DNA from: an uncultured Gammaproteobacteria bacterium
GTDB taxonomy: Bacteria; Patescibacteriota; Microgenomatia; UBA10105; UBA927
DNA length: 64,000 nt
Direction: 5' to 3'
Assembly (NCBI GenBank): GCA_964527425.1
Contig: CAZGOA010000006.1
Location: 13,928-77,927, forward strand
A model generated the notes under the pieces. It saw only the letters and a list, made by a program, of their open reading frames with translations, searched no databases and had not been told where the DNA came from. The position numbers and the translations under genes were made by a program. Below, one piece after another: positions 49,065 to 59,376 of this stretch. Within the stretch, counting starts at the first letter, position 1. Each line of letters starts with the position of its first letter.

Positions 49065-50054
49065 ATGAAATCTTATAAACAATCATTTCCATATAAGTCG
49101 GTATTAGTCACTGGAGGAACAGGGTTTGTTGGTAGCCATCTTGTTGAAACCTTAATCGACAAACACATTCAAGTCATTGTTCCATATCGCAGTATTGATT
49201 ATGCTTCATATTTTTATAAAAAAGGATTGGAGAAAAAAGTAACTTTGGTGCCTTGCGATATAAAATCGAGAGAGCAAGTGCTGGATGTAGTTGGTAAGTA
49301 TGAAGTTTCTTTTATTTATCATCTTGCAGCTCAACCAATTGTTACGACTGCATTTTATAATCCTGTAGAAACATTACTTACAAATATTATGGGGACGGTC
49401 TATTTATTGGAAGCAGTCAAAGCACTATCACACGTTAAAGGTATTATTGTCGCTTCTTCTGATAAAGCATATGGAATGACAAAAAAAGAATATACAGAAG
49501 ATTCTCCATTGAGAGGGTTACATCCGTATGATGTTTCAAAATCTTCCTGTGATTTAATTGCACAAACATATGCAACTACGTATGATTTACCAGTAATAGT
49601 AACTAGATTTGGCAATATTTATGGTGAAGGTGACCGAAATATGAACAGAGTGATACCTGGTATTATTCAATCTATGTTGCGAAAAGAAGAGTTTATCATC
49701 AGAAGTGATGGAACATACGTACGGGAATATTTATATGTAAAAGACGTGGTGAATGGGTATATTGCTTTAGCAGAAAAATTTAAAGACGTAGTAGGCGAAG
49801 CGTTCAATTTTGGTACTTCTTACAGACGTTCTGTTATAGAGTTAGTTCATGATGTTGAAAAAATACTTAATGTAAAAGTGCCCTTTAAAATTGCCAATAC
49901 TGCAAAGAAAGAAATTCCATTTCAAGCGCTTAATTGGGATAAAGCAAAAAGCAAGCTTTTATGGAAACCAACTCATACGCTCTCTCAGGTTTTGCCGGCA
50001 ATAGTTGAATGGTACTCACATTACAATTCGTATGAGAATTTTGTTACTAGCTAA
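49065..50054 (+). CDS. rfbG: CDP-glucose 4,6-dehydratase
   Basis: This is an extended SDR. It has VLVTGGTGFVGSHL and the catalytic YDVSK, and it is syntenic with rfbF. The ATG lies 2 nt after the rfbF stop. Confidence 0.8.
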   Translation: MKSYKQSFPYKSVLVTGGTGFVGSHLVETLIDKHIQVIVPYRSIDYASYFYKKGLEKKVTLVPCDIKSREQVLDVVGKYEVSFIYHLAAQPIVTTAFYNPVETLLTNIMGTVYLLEAVKALSHVKGIIVASSDKAYGMTKKEYTEDSPLRGLHPYDVSKSSCDLIAQTYATTYDLPVIVTRFGNIYGEGDRNMNRVIPGIIQSMLRKEEFIIRSDGTYVREYLYVKDVVNGYIALAEKFKDVVGEAFNFGTSYRRSVIELVHDVEKILNVKVPFKIANTAKKEIPFQALNWDKAKSKLLWKPTHTLSQVLPAIVEWYSHYNSYENFVTS

Positions 50055-51471
50055 TAATTGGGTGGGGTGGGAGATAACAAAATTTCTTTCATCAGACACA
50101 GATGTTGATATTGTTGGACTTGGAATTCACGCACCTTCTAAACAAAAATATACCAAGTATATTCTTCAATCAGTTAATTTACCAAAGTCGAAAATTTTAT
50201 TAGGATCTACATTTAAACAATCAACAACCATTGAACGTATCAGACGATTAAAACCAGATCTAATAATCAGCGCATTTTGGGGGTATATCTTAACAAAAGA
50301 TATTATTGCTATTCCGACCAAAGGAAGTATCAACTTTCATCCAGGATATCTACCAACCAATCGAGGAATGAACCCTAATGTATGGCCGTTTATTGATAAC
50401 ACTCCCGCAGGAGTAACTATTCATTATGTTGATGAAGGTATTGATACAGGAGACATTATTGCTAGACGGAAAGTTCCTATTACTCCTTACGATACAGCAG
50501 AATCAATATATGAAAAAACAATGGCGGATATTGTTGAATTGTTTAAAGAAATATGGCCGAACATAAAAAAAGGCACTGCTCCTCGTATAAATCAGAAAAC
50601 ATTACCAGAAATATCAACGCATCATTATGCTCAAGATATTGAGTCTATTAATACTATAGATGTAGATAAAACGTATACTGGTCAACAACTTATCAATTTA
50701 CTTAAAGCAAGAAGTTATCAGGACAAGTTATTTTTATCCTATACGGATAAAGGTGATCAAGTATACCTTAGTGTACAGTTATACTCTCCAAAAAAATTAC
50801 CGGTCAATACCAAATCTGAGTATCAAAAGTATGTAGAGTATGCGTTAAAGTCATATAAAGAACCATATAGACCGTTAATAATTTCAGTACAAAATAACTT
50901 AAAAATTAAGTTAAAGCCATTTACAAGAAAAGATATAGATGATGAACAACTCGTTCAGATACTAACTAGATGGAGAAAAAAAGCCCAACCATTTTTCCCA
51001 AGTACATTTCGTGTAACCAATGAGAGGACAAAAAAATGGCTCCAATCAGAACTAATAAATAAAAACGATAGAATACTCTTTCTAATTTACTTGCAAGATC
51101 GAAAAACTCCCTTAGGACATGTTGGACTGTATCGATTTGAATGGGATTCATATTCGTGTCAAATCGATAATGTCATAAAAGGTATCAACAGGAAAGAAAC
51201 TAAAGGTATTATGACAATGGCAATACATGAATTAGGTGAATGGGCATTGAATCATCTTGGTGTTCGTACTTTAACATTATATGTCTTTGAAGATAATGAA
51301 AAAGCAGTCAATTTATATACACGCTGCGGATTCATTATAAAAAAAAGAATTCCTCAGCGATTTGAAAAACTAAACAGTCAGGAATTTCACTGGGTCAATG
51401 ATGATCGAATTTCGATAATGAAACCTGAGAGAGTATTGTTGTATATGGTCAAATATCTTTCTAAGGGATAG
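50030..51471 (+). CDS. Fusion protein: formyltransferase domain (ArnA-N/Fmt-like) and C-terminal GNAT acetyltransferase
   Basis: The N-terminal ~200 aa carry the formyl_trans_N core (HPGYLPTNRGMNPNVWPFID...GVTIHYVDEGIDTGDII). The C-terminal ~170 aa have a GNAT fold with the acetyl-CoA motif (GHVGLY...ETKGIMTMAI...LYTRCGF). Confidence 0.7.
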
Positions 51472-53641
51472 TCGTTTCATACAAACTAAAATCATAATCT
51501 GATTTTACTAATTTGCTGTATGGTTGTAATTTGGACCATAGTGCAGGATATGCATGTTTTGTTTCCCAATACGGAGAATAAAATTCTTTTTCATTGATAA
51601 ATACATAAAACGTTGAACCTCTTGCTATCTGTAAAGCATCTTCAATTTGTTCTTCACTAACGATTAAACTGCGTATGAAGGTATACGGTAAAGCTGGTTT
51701 TAAATGCAAGGCTGCGATTAAATCAATACTATTATCAAACAACACTATCTTAGAATTTTTAGGAATACTTGATAAGAAAACATATTGTTCTGATTGTTTT
51801 ACATCCCATTGTTTTAATCTGGTATGCATAATTGCAAAAATTTCTGATGTTGTATGGATAGGATTTTTCCAATATTCAACAATTAATAAGCCATTTCTAA
51901 AGGTTGCCAGCAACAGAATAAATCCGAATATGTATGTTACAACTCTGGGTAATATATGCTTATCCTTATACTGGTTTTCAATTATGTGTACTACCATCGT
52001 CATAAGTAGAATAGTAGGAATTAAGATACTGTAGAGCAGAGGAGGGAGTGATCGGCCAAGATAATAAGGAAGCAACGATAACTGTGTAAATGATACATAT
52101 AGTAATCCAATACCAATTTTATGTTGTTTGCTCATTAAATGGAGTCCCAGTACAATACTGATGACAGAAACTATAAAGGGAATAAGCATCATACCCTGTT
52201 TATCTACAGGAACTAAATAAAACCCAGAACTAAATATTTTTATGAACTCATAATACAGAGAAAAATCAGGGAACGTTTGTTTGGTTATGAGAGTAAGAAG
52301 TACAATACTAAATATTGAACCAACTAATGATGTAAGTGTAACTACACTTACTAATCGGAATAATGCAGTTTTTTTACTACTAAAAAATATTGCATAGATA
52401 CATATGCTTGCCAGTCCTGATACTGCTATACCAATACCGATTTCGAATGAAAAAAAGAACATAAGGACACTAGCAATAATAAATAAAATGAGAGGTAACT
52501 TTTTAGAATTGTGTATATAAGAAGCAAGAAAATAGAAAGGAAAAATCATAGGACCTAAACGCAGAGGAGTAAAAGCTGGTGCACCAATCAGTGACCATTG
52601 ATCTTCAAAATAAAAAGACCTATTTATTAGCGTATAGTAAACAGCTGTAAAAGTTCCAAGTGCAGAGAGAATATTGTTTTTTGTGATTTTTTTTAAAGTA
52701 ATGTAAAAAAATACATAATATACAAATAAAAATAATAAGGTAACCATTGATGTAAATTCTCTTGAAAGTGGGAGAAAAGGGAATGCTTTTATCCATATCA
52801 GCCAAGGCAATAAATAGATGATTCCGTATTGGCTAATAACATCTACAAATGGTGTGGCACCGGTAATAATATGATATGCAGGCAGAGTCGTAAAAAATAA
52901 ATCACCATAATATCTATCCAGAGTAAGAAATGGTAATAATACTAATACAAGAATGATTATTGTTGCGAATGTGATTATAGGATTAATAAATTTTATTGAA
53001 CGTATGTACTCGAATACCTGTTTTATAGCAGGTTTTATTCCCAACAAAAGGGGTAATACTATAAAAAGATAACTATACTGCATTATGATCTTATCAGGTA
53101 AAATTATGGCTGAAGAATCAATCGTTGGTGGAGAAAAGAGATACACCCCCGCATCTAATTCCAGGAAACCTGGAATAAAATATTTGGCAACCGAAGCGAT
53201 GAATAATAGCTGGGTAGTTTGAGCACTAAATGGTTTTTGTAAGATAAATAATTGAAACACAAGCACTATCATAAACAGGAGATAAAAGCGCATATCAGTT
53301 GCCAGTTGCAGTGGAAAAGGATAATCACCTACAACAAGTAATCCAATAAAGGTGCTCGGGAGAATATACATTGATATTTTTTCTAGAAGAACTCTATTTT
53401 CTGAAGTTGTGAACAAGTAAAGCAGTAATTGAGAAACAAGAATAAATAACGCGACAAGAATAATAAAACAAATATAAAAAAGTACATCTTTTTCTGGTGC
53501 AAAATGTCCGTCTATTAATAACGCGTAGGCTGGTTCTGTAGGAAGGGGAATACGAGAAATAATCAGTGGAGTTAGTATTGAAGAAAAGAAAGACGAAAGA
53601 ACAAACTGCAACGATAAAATAGGTAGAGCAAATAAATTCAT
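51461..53641 (-). CDS. Large polytopic membrane protein (GT-C-like candidate)
   Basis: 726 aa with more than 14 TM helices and a C-terminal ~150-aa soluble domain. No named motif. Confidence 0.4.
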   Translation of the reverse strand: MNLFALPILSLQFVLSSFFSSILTPLIISRIPLPTEPAYALLIDGHFAPEKDVLFYICFIILVALFILVSQLLLYLFTTSENRVLLEKISMYILPSTFIGLLVVGDYPFPLQLATDMRFYLLFMIVLVFQLFILQKPFSAQTTQLLFIASVAKYFIPGFLELDAGVYLFSPPTIDSSAIILPDKIIMQYSYLFIVLPLLLGIKPAIKQVFEYIRSIKFINPIITFATIIILVLVLLPFLTLDRYYGDLFFTTLPAYHIITGATPFVDVISQYGIIYLLPWLIWIKAFPFLPLSREFTSMVTLLFLFVYYVFFYITLKKITKNNILSALGTFTAVYYTLINRSFYFEDQWSLIGAPAFTPLRLGPMIFPFYFLASYIHNSKKLPLILFIIASVLMFFFSFEIGIGIAVSGLASICIYAIFFSSKKTALFRLVSVVTLTSLVGSIFSIVLLTLITKQTFPDFSLYYEFIKIFSSGFYLVPVDKQGMMLIPFIVSVISIVLGLHLMSKQHKIGIGLLYVSFTQLSLLPYYLGRSLPPLLYSILIPTILLMTMVVHIIENQYKDKHILPRVVTYIFGFILLLATFRNGLLIVEYWKNPIHTTSEIFAIMHTRLKQWDVKQSEQYVFLSSIPKNSKIVLFDNSIDLIAALHLKPALPYTFIRSLIVSEEQIEDALQIARGSTFYVFINEKEFYSPYWETKHAYPALWSKLQPYSKLVKSDYDFSLYETTIP

Positions 53642-53729
53642 GTAGATGGAATAGTAGGGTGTTACCTATGTTTGTATAGGTACTATAATAGTATACTTAA
53701 CAATACTATCAATTATCGTATCACTAATA

Positions 53730-55334
53730 ATGAGTAAAGTATCTTCATATTTCATCATCTCGTTTTTTAGTATTTGTTTAATAATAATTGGGTTATTTTT
53801 ACGATTATATAAATTGGATTCTGTTCCGTATGGATTAACGAATGATAATGTCGGAGGATATTATGCAAGCAGTATATTAATGAATACAGGTAAGAATTTT
53901 GAAGGAGTCTTTTTACCCCGTTCATTTCAGTTGGATAATTCTTTTTCTGCAGGGTTTGTTTATTTTTATGCACCGTTTACCATGCTTTTGCCAAAATCTC
54001 CATTTGCGGTGCGTTTTCCAGCTGTGTTAGCTAGTCTGATCGCTATATGGTTGTTATATAAGGTTGCCTATAATTTATTTAATAATCGAAATATTGCGTT
54101 GCTAAGTGCTGTAGTGTTAAGTGTATCTCCCTGGCATATTCATATGAATAGGGGAGCGTATGATGGGCCTATTTCTCTTTTTGTAATTTTATTTCTCTAT
54201 GCTCTTTTGTTATTTATACGATATAAGAACATATTACCGATGATTATTGCATTTCCTTTAGCTTACTATGTTTATCATCCAATAAAAATTTTCTTATTAG
54301 CGTTTATTCCTTTTATTAGTATTAATTATCTTCAATTTTTATTCTCACAAAAAAGAAAAGTCTTTTTATTTGGAATTGTATTCTTTGTAACAGTTATTTC
54401 TTTTTTTGTTGTCATTAAACAGGAGGGGGTTAATAGACAAGAAGTATTATTATGGAGTAATCAATCAAATGCTTCATCATTTGTAAATTGGGAACGAACG
54501 GTTAATCTTGCGCCTCAATTTATGCGTGTTTTATTTAGTAACAAAGTAACATACTACGGCTTTGAAATTGCGAGTAGATACATGGATGCCTTTTCTTTTA
54601 ATCGATTATTTATATCTGGTGAGGGTGGAATCTACGGTACGTACAGACATGGATTTTTTTACTTCATAGAATTAGGATTTTTTATTGTGGGTTTATATTA
54701 TCTTGTTACAAAACGCACTTATAAGGAAAGCATTATTGTCCTGGGTGGTTTATTTATTGCTCCTCTACCTACTGCATTTTCAAGTGATTTTTCGATGGGT
54801 TTGAGAAGTATAAGTATGCTGCCATTTATGAGCATTATTATTGGCTGCGGCATGTTTTATCTTACTGAATATATTGGTACCTTTCGAAGATTTTCTGTCC
54901 CCATAACAACATTAATTTTTTTAGGATATATGTTTTCTGTAATTGCCTTTGGGTATTTATATTTTTATAGATACTCCGTGTATGGAGCCGAATATTATTT
55001 TTCAAGCAACAGAGAGGTTATTGAGTATGTTACTACAAAAAAAGACAGCTACGATTCTATTCATTTTGTAAATACGGGTCCTATGTTTTTATTTCAATAT
55101 GCTTTTTTTAGTGATACAACTATGGATGAAGTACTAGTAGCATGGAAATCAGAGTGGCCAAAATCTCTTGGGAAAATAAAGTTTATTAATGATTGTGATA
55201 CATCAAAACTTTCTCTACAACCTAAAGAAATGTATATCGCACCAACGTCTTGTTTTAAAGAGACTACTCCATCAGCCACTATTGTTGACAAGGCTGAACC
55301 GTTGCGGGTTATCTGGAATATATTTGAGCGTTAA
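53730..55334 (+). CDS. GT-C-fold polytopic membrane glycosyltransferase candidate (PMT_2/ArnT-like)
   Basis: 534 aa. TM1 is followed by LRLYKLDSVPYGLTNDNVGGYY. The 12-13 TM helices and C-terminal soluble domain give an ArnT-like topology. Confidence 0.5.
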   Translation: MSKVSSYFIISFFSICLIIIGLFLRLYKLDSVPYGLTNDNVGGYYASSILMNTGKNFEGVFLPRSFQLDNSFSAGFVYFYAPFTMLLPKSPFAVRFPAVLASLIAIWLLYKVAYNLFNNRNIALLSAVVLSVSPWHIHMNRGAYDGPISLFVILFLYALLLFIRYKNILPMIIAFPLAYYVYHPIKIFLLAFIPFISINYLQFLFSQKRKVFLFGIVFFVTVISFFVVIKQEGVNRQEVLLWSNQSNASSFVNWERTVNLAPQFMRVLFSNKVTYYGFEIASRYMDAFSFNRLFISGEGGIYGTYRHGFFYFIELGFFIVGLYYLVTKRTYKESIIVLGGLFIAPLPTAFSSDFSMGLRSISMLPFMSIIIGCGMFYLTEYIGTFRRFSVPITTLIFLGYMFSVIAFGYLYFYRYSVYGAEYYFSSNREVIEYVTTKKDSYDSIHFVNTGPMFLFQYAFFSDTTMDEVLVAWKSEWPKSLGKIKFINDCDTSKLSLQPKEMYIAPTSCFKETTPSATIVDKAEPLRVIWNIFER

Positions 55335-55337
55335 CAT

Positions 55338-56939
55338 ATGATACATTCTTTTTTTCCTAAGATTACTAGTACGTTTTTGATCATGGTTGTAGTTGTTTGT
55401 ACTATTCTCTTCTCAAATATTATTCCAATATTATCTATTCAGCAAAAACTTCCTGGTGCAGTAGCTTATGGTTTTTTTAAGTCCCATCCTGAAGATTATT
55501 TTCAATATGTTTCAATGATTCGACAAGGCAAGGAGCATAATTCATTATTATTTACTAATCAGTATGATTCAACACAGTTGCGAACGTATTTTATTCAGCC
55601 TTTCTATAATATCGTCGGTGTTGTTACACAATTTCTCCCTTTTGATCAGTTTCAAATTTTTTTTTTAATAAGAATGATATCAGCGTTGTTGTTTTATCTG
55701 GTTTTTTTAGAATTAGTATTTAAAGTATTGTCCCAAAACCGACAACGATTATTTGCTATTCTTTTATTCAGTACTATTACTGCATTTAGTGTTGCTTCTG
55801 TGTGTGAGGGTATAGCTTGCAGAATGGATCCTCAAACATATGCAGGTGCTTATTTTAATGCTTGGTTACGACTGTTAATTTTACCTCCACATCATTACCT
55901 GGCATTGTTGTTGGTTATGAAATTCTTAATACGTATACCTAATCTAAACATATCTTACAGATCTTTATTAATTACTATACTTATGTCTGTTGTTTTAGGA
56001 TTATTACATCCATATATTGCTTCAAGTTTTTTTAGTATATTTTTCATCACTGTTTTTGTGAAAAGTATAGCTAAACGGGCATTTTTAAAAGAACTCACAG
56101 TACATTTATTCATCCTGGGATTTATTGTTGCTTTACTGGCTGTTTATACAAAAATTCAAACAAGATATGAGTTGGGAAGTGTATTTAGATATGTTCAATA
56201 TGAGTATGTTATTGAGTATATAAAAGCGCTTGGAACAGGAAGTTTGCTGTTGGTGTTATCAATGTTTTTTATACGAAAGATAGTAAAACTACCGCATGGT
56301 ATTCCCATGGTAGTATGGGCAATATTTCCTGGTTTAGCCATACTTACTCCTATAATACGAACACTATTAGGAGAATATAGAATTTTTCAGATAATGCAGC
56401 ATATACCAATAAGTATATTAGGAGGATTTGTTTTAGATTACATAATAAAAAAATTCAAGATCATAGGAATCATTACAACAACGGGTCTTTTTTTAGTAAT
56501 ACTGTATATACTCGCCCCTGTGTATCTTATTCATTGGAAGTATATGACAAATCCAGGTAGTGTCGAATTTTTTCAATATAAAATATTTTCAATTGTGAAG
56601 TCCATGGTCCCTTCATTAAACATGACTGGACCAGCATACAAAGTAGTACTCAGTGGAGATATGGTATCGGCTATGTTACCAGCATTAGGACCTTACAGAG
56701 TTGTAAATGCAAGAATAGGGAATACCCCTGATTTGGAGCAGAGCTTAGTGGACGTGCAACAGTTTTATTATGGTCTGCCTGAACAACAATTAATACGATT
56801 TTTTAATACATATCATCCATCAAGTGCTTTATTTGGGATTGATACAGTAACGTTTTCGACTAGTCAGTATACTCATTCACCATATTTTACAGAAACAGCA
56901 CGTATGGGAGAAATATCACTTGTAGAAATTAACCGTTAA
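55338..56939 (+). CDS. Polytopic membrane protein, paralog-family member 4
   Basis: 533 aa. The loop-1 motif is DYFQYVSMIRQGKEHNSLLFTNQYDSTQLRTYFIQPFYNIVGVV. Confidence 0.5.
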   Translation: MIHSFFPKITSTFLIMVVVVCTILFSNIIPILSIQQKLPGAVAYGFFKSHPEDYFQYVSMIRQGKEHNSLLFTNQYDSTQLRTYFIQPFYNIVGVVTQFLPFDQFQIFFLIRMISALLFYLVFLELVFKVLSQNRQRLFAILLFSTITAFSVASVCEGIACRMDPQTYAGAYFNAWLRLLILPPHHYLALLLVMKFLIRIPNLNISYRSLLITILMSVVLGLLHPYIASSFFSIFFITVFVKSIAKRAFLKELTVHLFILGFIVALLAVYTKIQTRYELGSVFRYVQYEYVIEYIKALGTGSLLLVLSMFFIRKIVKLPHGIPMVVWAIFPGLAILTPIIRTLLGEYRIFQIMQHIPISILGGFVLDYIIKKFKIIGIITTTGLFLVILYILAPVYLIHWKYMTNPGSVEFFQYKIFSIVKSMVPSLNMTGPAYKVVLSGDMVSAMLPALGPYRVVNARIGNTPDLEQSLVDVQQFYYGLPEQQLIRFFNTYHPSSALFGIDTVTFSTSQYTHSPYFTETARMGEISLVEINR

Positions 56940-57016
56940 TATTTCTTATGCATCGGATGTAAACGTTTTGTAATGGATTTATTGGAATGTATTCTTTTGA
57001 GCGGGAAGGTTGAAAA

Positions 57017-57547
57017 TTATTTTGTTTTGGGAAAAAGAATGAAAATTGATAATTGAATGAGTCTTCTGATTTTAAACATGAATGGTATTGTATTAAGGAT
57101 GTAGTCGTTTTTATCCTTTAAAAGAGCATGTTGAGTTTCCAATCTGTTGAGCCGCCGATTAATGATGACTTCTTTGTTATAGAGTTTCTGAAGATTATGT
57201 ACAGTTATTCCTTTTTTATGTTGAGCTATTAATGATAATAATTTAATCGTAATAGATGATTCAGTATAGCTATAGAACGTAAGTAAATAAAACGCTAATA
57301 CGATTAAGTTAATACATAATGAAACACTTGCATAAAACAGTATATTTATCAACGGATATTGAAGTACAACTAAGGTTAATCCAATTAGTAGACAATTCAA
57401 TATTGCGATGAGTATCGCACAAAGTACCAACCAATAATATGATGTCAGTTTATTCGTATATTTCAAAATGAATCGTTGTAAACACAGAAATAAAACACAT
57501 GATACTAAAGTAGTGCTGATTAGAATGATATCCATGTTATCCACCAA
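57017..57547 (-). CDS. Membrane protein with N-terminal TM helices and a C-terminal winged-helix-like domain, paralog A
   Basis: 176 aa. Three or four TM helices are followed by ITVHNLQKLYNKEVIINRRLNRLETQHALLKDKNDYIL, an apparent MarR/PadR-like wHTH. Confidence 0.45.
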   Translation of the reverse strand: MVDNMDIILISTTLVSCVLFLCLQRFILKYTNKLTSYYWLVLCAILIAILNCLLIGLTLVVLQYPLINILFYASVSLCINLIVLAFYLLTFYSYTESSITIKLLSLIAQHKKGITVHNLQKLYNKEVIINRRLNRLETQHALLKDKNDYILNTIPFMFKIRRLIQLSIFILFPKTK

Positions 57548-58046
57548 TAGATAATCCTAAACTTTTACTTATAGAGTAAAAAATGTCCCATATTGTATTA
57601 CCACGCTTGCTAAGTCTATACGTATTGACGTTGGATTTTATTATTATGTTTTTTGACTCCAGACTATCAAGTCGTTTAGTTATTAATAAATCATTAGAAA
57701 AGAGGGAGAAAATATCTTTTTTCGAGAGTATTTTTTTATGTAAAAATGCATCAAAAAGTGTATCAATAGGAGTTTGTCCTTCCTGAAATTGAAAAAAAGA
57801 ATACAGAGTAACAATACTAGATAGTAGTATAAAAAGCATTAAAGAGGTTACAGGAAGCGGAGAGGTATCTGTATGTATTAGTTGATAGTTCGTTGCGTAG
57901 AGAACAACTAATAGTAAAAATGAGACAATAGTAACGAATATACTAACCACAAACGGTTTTACTTGTTTAGAGCATACGCGATAAATAACACTTTGGAGAA
58001 TAAGCGAATTAATAAACATGAGCATGAATAACAGAACTTCATTCAT
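57537..58046 (-). CDS. Membrane protein with N-terminal TM helices and a C-terminal winged-helix-like domain, paralog B
   Basis: 169 aa. Three TM helices are followed by ILSKKDIFSLFSNDLLITKRLDSLESKNIIIKSNVNTYRLSKRG. The gene overlaps paralog A by 11 nt. Confidence 0.45.
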   Translation of the reverse strand: MNEVLLFMLMFINSLILQSVIYRVCSKQVKPFVVSIFVTIVSFLLLVVLYATNYQLIHTDTSPLPVTSLMLFILLSSIVTLYSFFQFQEGQTPIDTLFDAFLHKKILSKKDIFSLFSNDLLITKRLDSLESKNIIIKSNVNTYRLSKRGNTIWDIFYSISKSLGLSIGG

Positions 58047-58071
58047 ACGAATTACGCGCAGGATACATTGA

Positions 58072-59376
58072 TTAGACCTTTTGGGATTTCATAAACGAGT
58101 GAATTGTATTGACAACATACGAACGCATCGTATTTGTTATACCGGGATATACTCCAATCCAAAACCCATCATTCATGATGCGGTCAGTATTGGTTAATGC
58201 TCCGACGACACGATACTGTTGGTGTTTCATAAATGCAGGATGTTTAAGTAAATTTCCCGCAAACAATCGTCTTGTTGCTATATGGTTTTTTTCAAGAAAG
58301 TCAATTAAATCATTACTTGTAAACGGTGCGGTAGGGGATACTAGTATCATAAAACCAAACCAACTTGGAACTGCCTCATTAAGATGTTTGGTGAAGTTTA
58401 GTAGTGGTTCATACTGTTGTAAATGTTTTTTATAGAATGCAAATGTCTCGTTTCTTCTTTTGATAAAATCTGGAAGTTTTTGAAGTTGAGCTAAGCCTAT
58501 TGCCGCCTGCATATCTGTTAATTTTAGATTATATCCAATTTGTGAATATATGTATTTATGATCATATCCATACGGTAGATTGCCTAATTTCCAGTCAAAT
58601 CTCCGGTTACAGGTATTATCTTTTCCTGTTTTGCACCAGCAGTCTCTGCCCCAATCTCTGAATTGTCTTACGCTTCTGGATACTAAAGAATTATTTGTTA
58701 CGACTGCACCACCTTCTCCCATAGTCATTTGGTGTGCCGGGTAAAATGAATATGTTGCAACATGACCAAATGTGCCTACTGGTTTACCTTGATAGGTTGC
58801 TCCTAATGCATCACAACAATCTTCTACTAACCATAAATTATGCTCTTTACACAAAGAGACTAGTTCTTTAAGCGGCATAGGATTTCCTAAAGCATGCGCC
58901 ATCATTATTGCCTTAGTTTTTGGGCTAATAGCTTTTCGTAGATTTTCTATTGAGACATTCTTTGTGTTTAAATCTACGTCAACAAATACTGGTATAAGTC
59001 TATTTTGGATAATGGGATTAACTGTCGTTGGAAATGACGCAGCAAGTGTAATAACTTCATCACCTGGTTTGAGCGCTTTATCGCCAAACACATCTGATGT
59101 AAGAGCTGATAACGCCAAGAGGTTTGCAGATGAACCAGAATTTGTTAATGATACTAATTTGCATCCACAAATCTTTGAAAATTCACGTTCAAACTGTTGT
59201 GCAAATGCTCCTTCTGTCCACCAACCATCTAAAACAGCTTGTGTGGCATTCATAATTTCTTCATGATCGAAAATCTTTCCAGAGACAGGTACGGTAGATG
59301 ATCCGGCAATAAAACGAGATGGCTTATGATTTTTTTTATAGTATGACGTAATGGATGATGACAATGTTTTGTTCAT
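58072..59376 (-). CDS. rfbH: CDP-4-dehydro-6-deoxyglucose 3-dehydrase (E1; RfbH/DdhC-like). A PMP-dependent DegT-family enzyme.
   Basis: 434 aa. Near-colinear conservation with RfbH as I remember it: FIAGSSTVPVSGK...LDGWWTEG...NSGSSANLLALSALTS...ALKPGDEVITLAASFPTTVNPIIQNRLIPVFVDVD...EDCCDALGATY...FRDWGRDCWCKTGKDNTCNRRF (Cys cluster)...TDRIMNDGFWIGVYPG. Confidence 0.8.
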   Translation of the reverse strand: MNKTLSSSITSYYKKNHKPSRFIAGSSTVPVSGKIFDHEEIMNATQAVLDGWWTEGAFAQQFEREFSKICGCKLVSLTNSGSSANLLALSALTSDVFGDKALKPGDEVITLAASFPTTVNPIIQNRLIPVFVDVDLNTKNVSIENLRKAISPKTKAIMMAHALGNPMPLKELVSLCKEHNLWLVEDCCDALGATYQGKPVGTFGHVATYSFYPAHQMTMGEGGAVVTNNSLVSRSVRQFRDWGRDCWCKTGKDNTCNRRFDWKLGNLPYGYDHKYIYSQIGYNLKLTDMQAAIGLAQLQKLPDFIKRRNETFAFYKKHLQQYEPLLNFTKHLNEAVPSWFGFMILVSPTAPFTSNDLIDFLEKNHIATRRLFAGNLLKHPAFMKHQQYRVVGALTNTDRIMNDGFWIGVYPGITNTMRSYVVNTIHSFMKSQKV

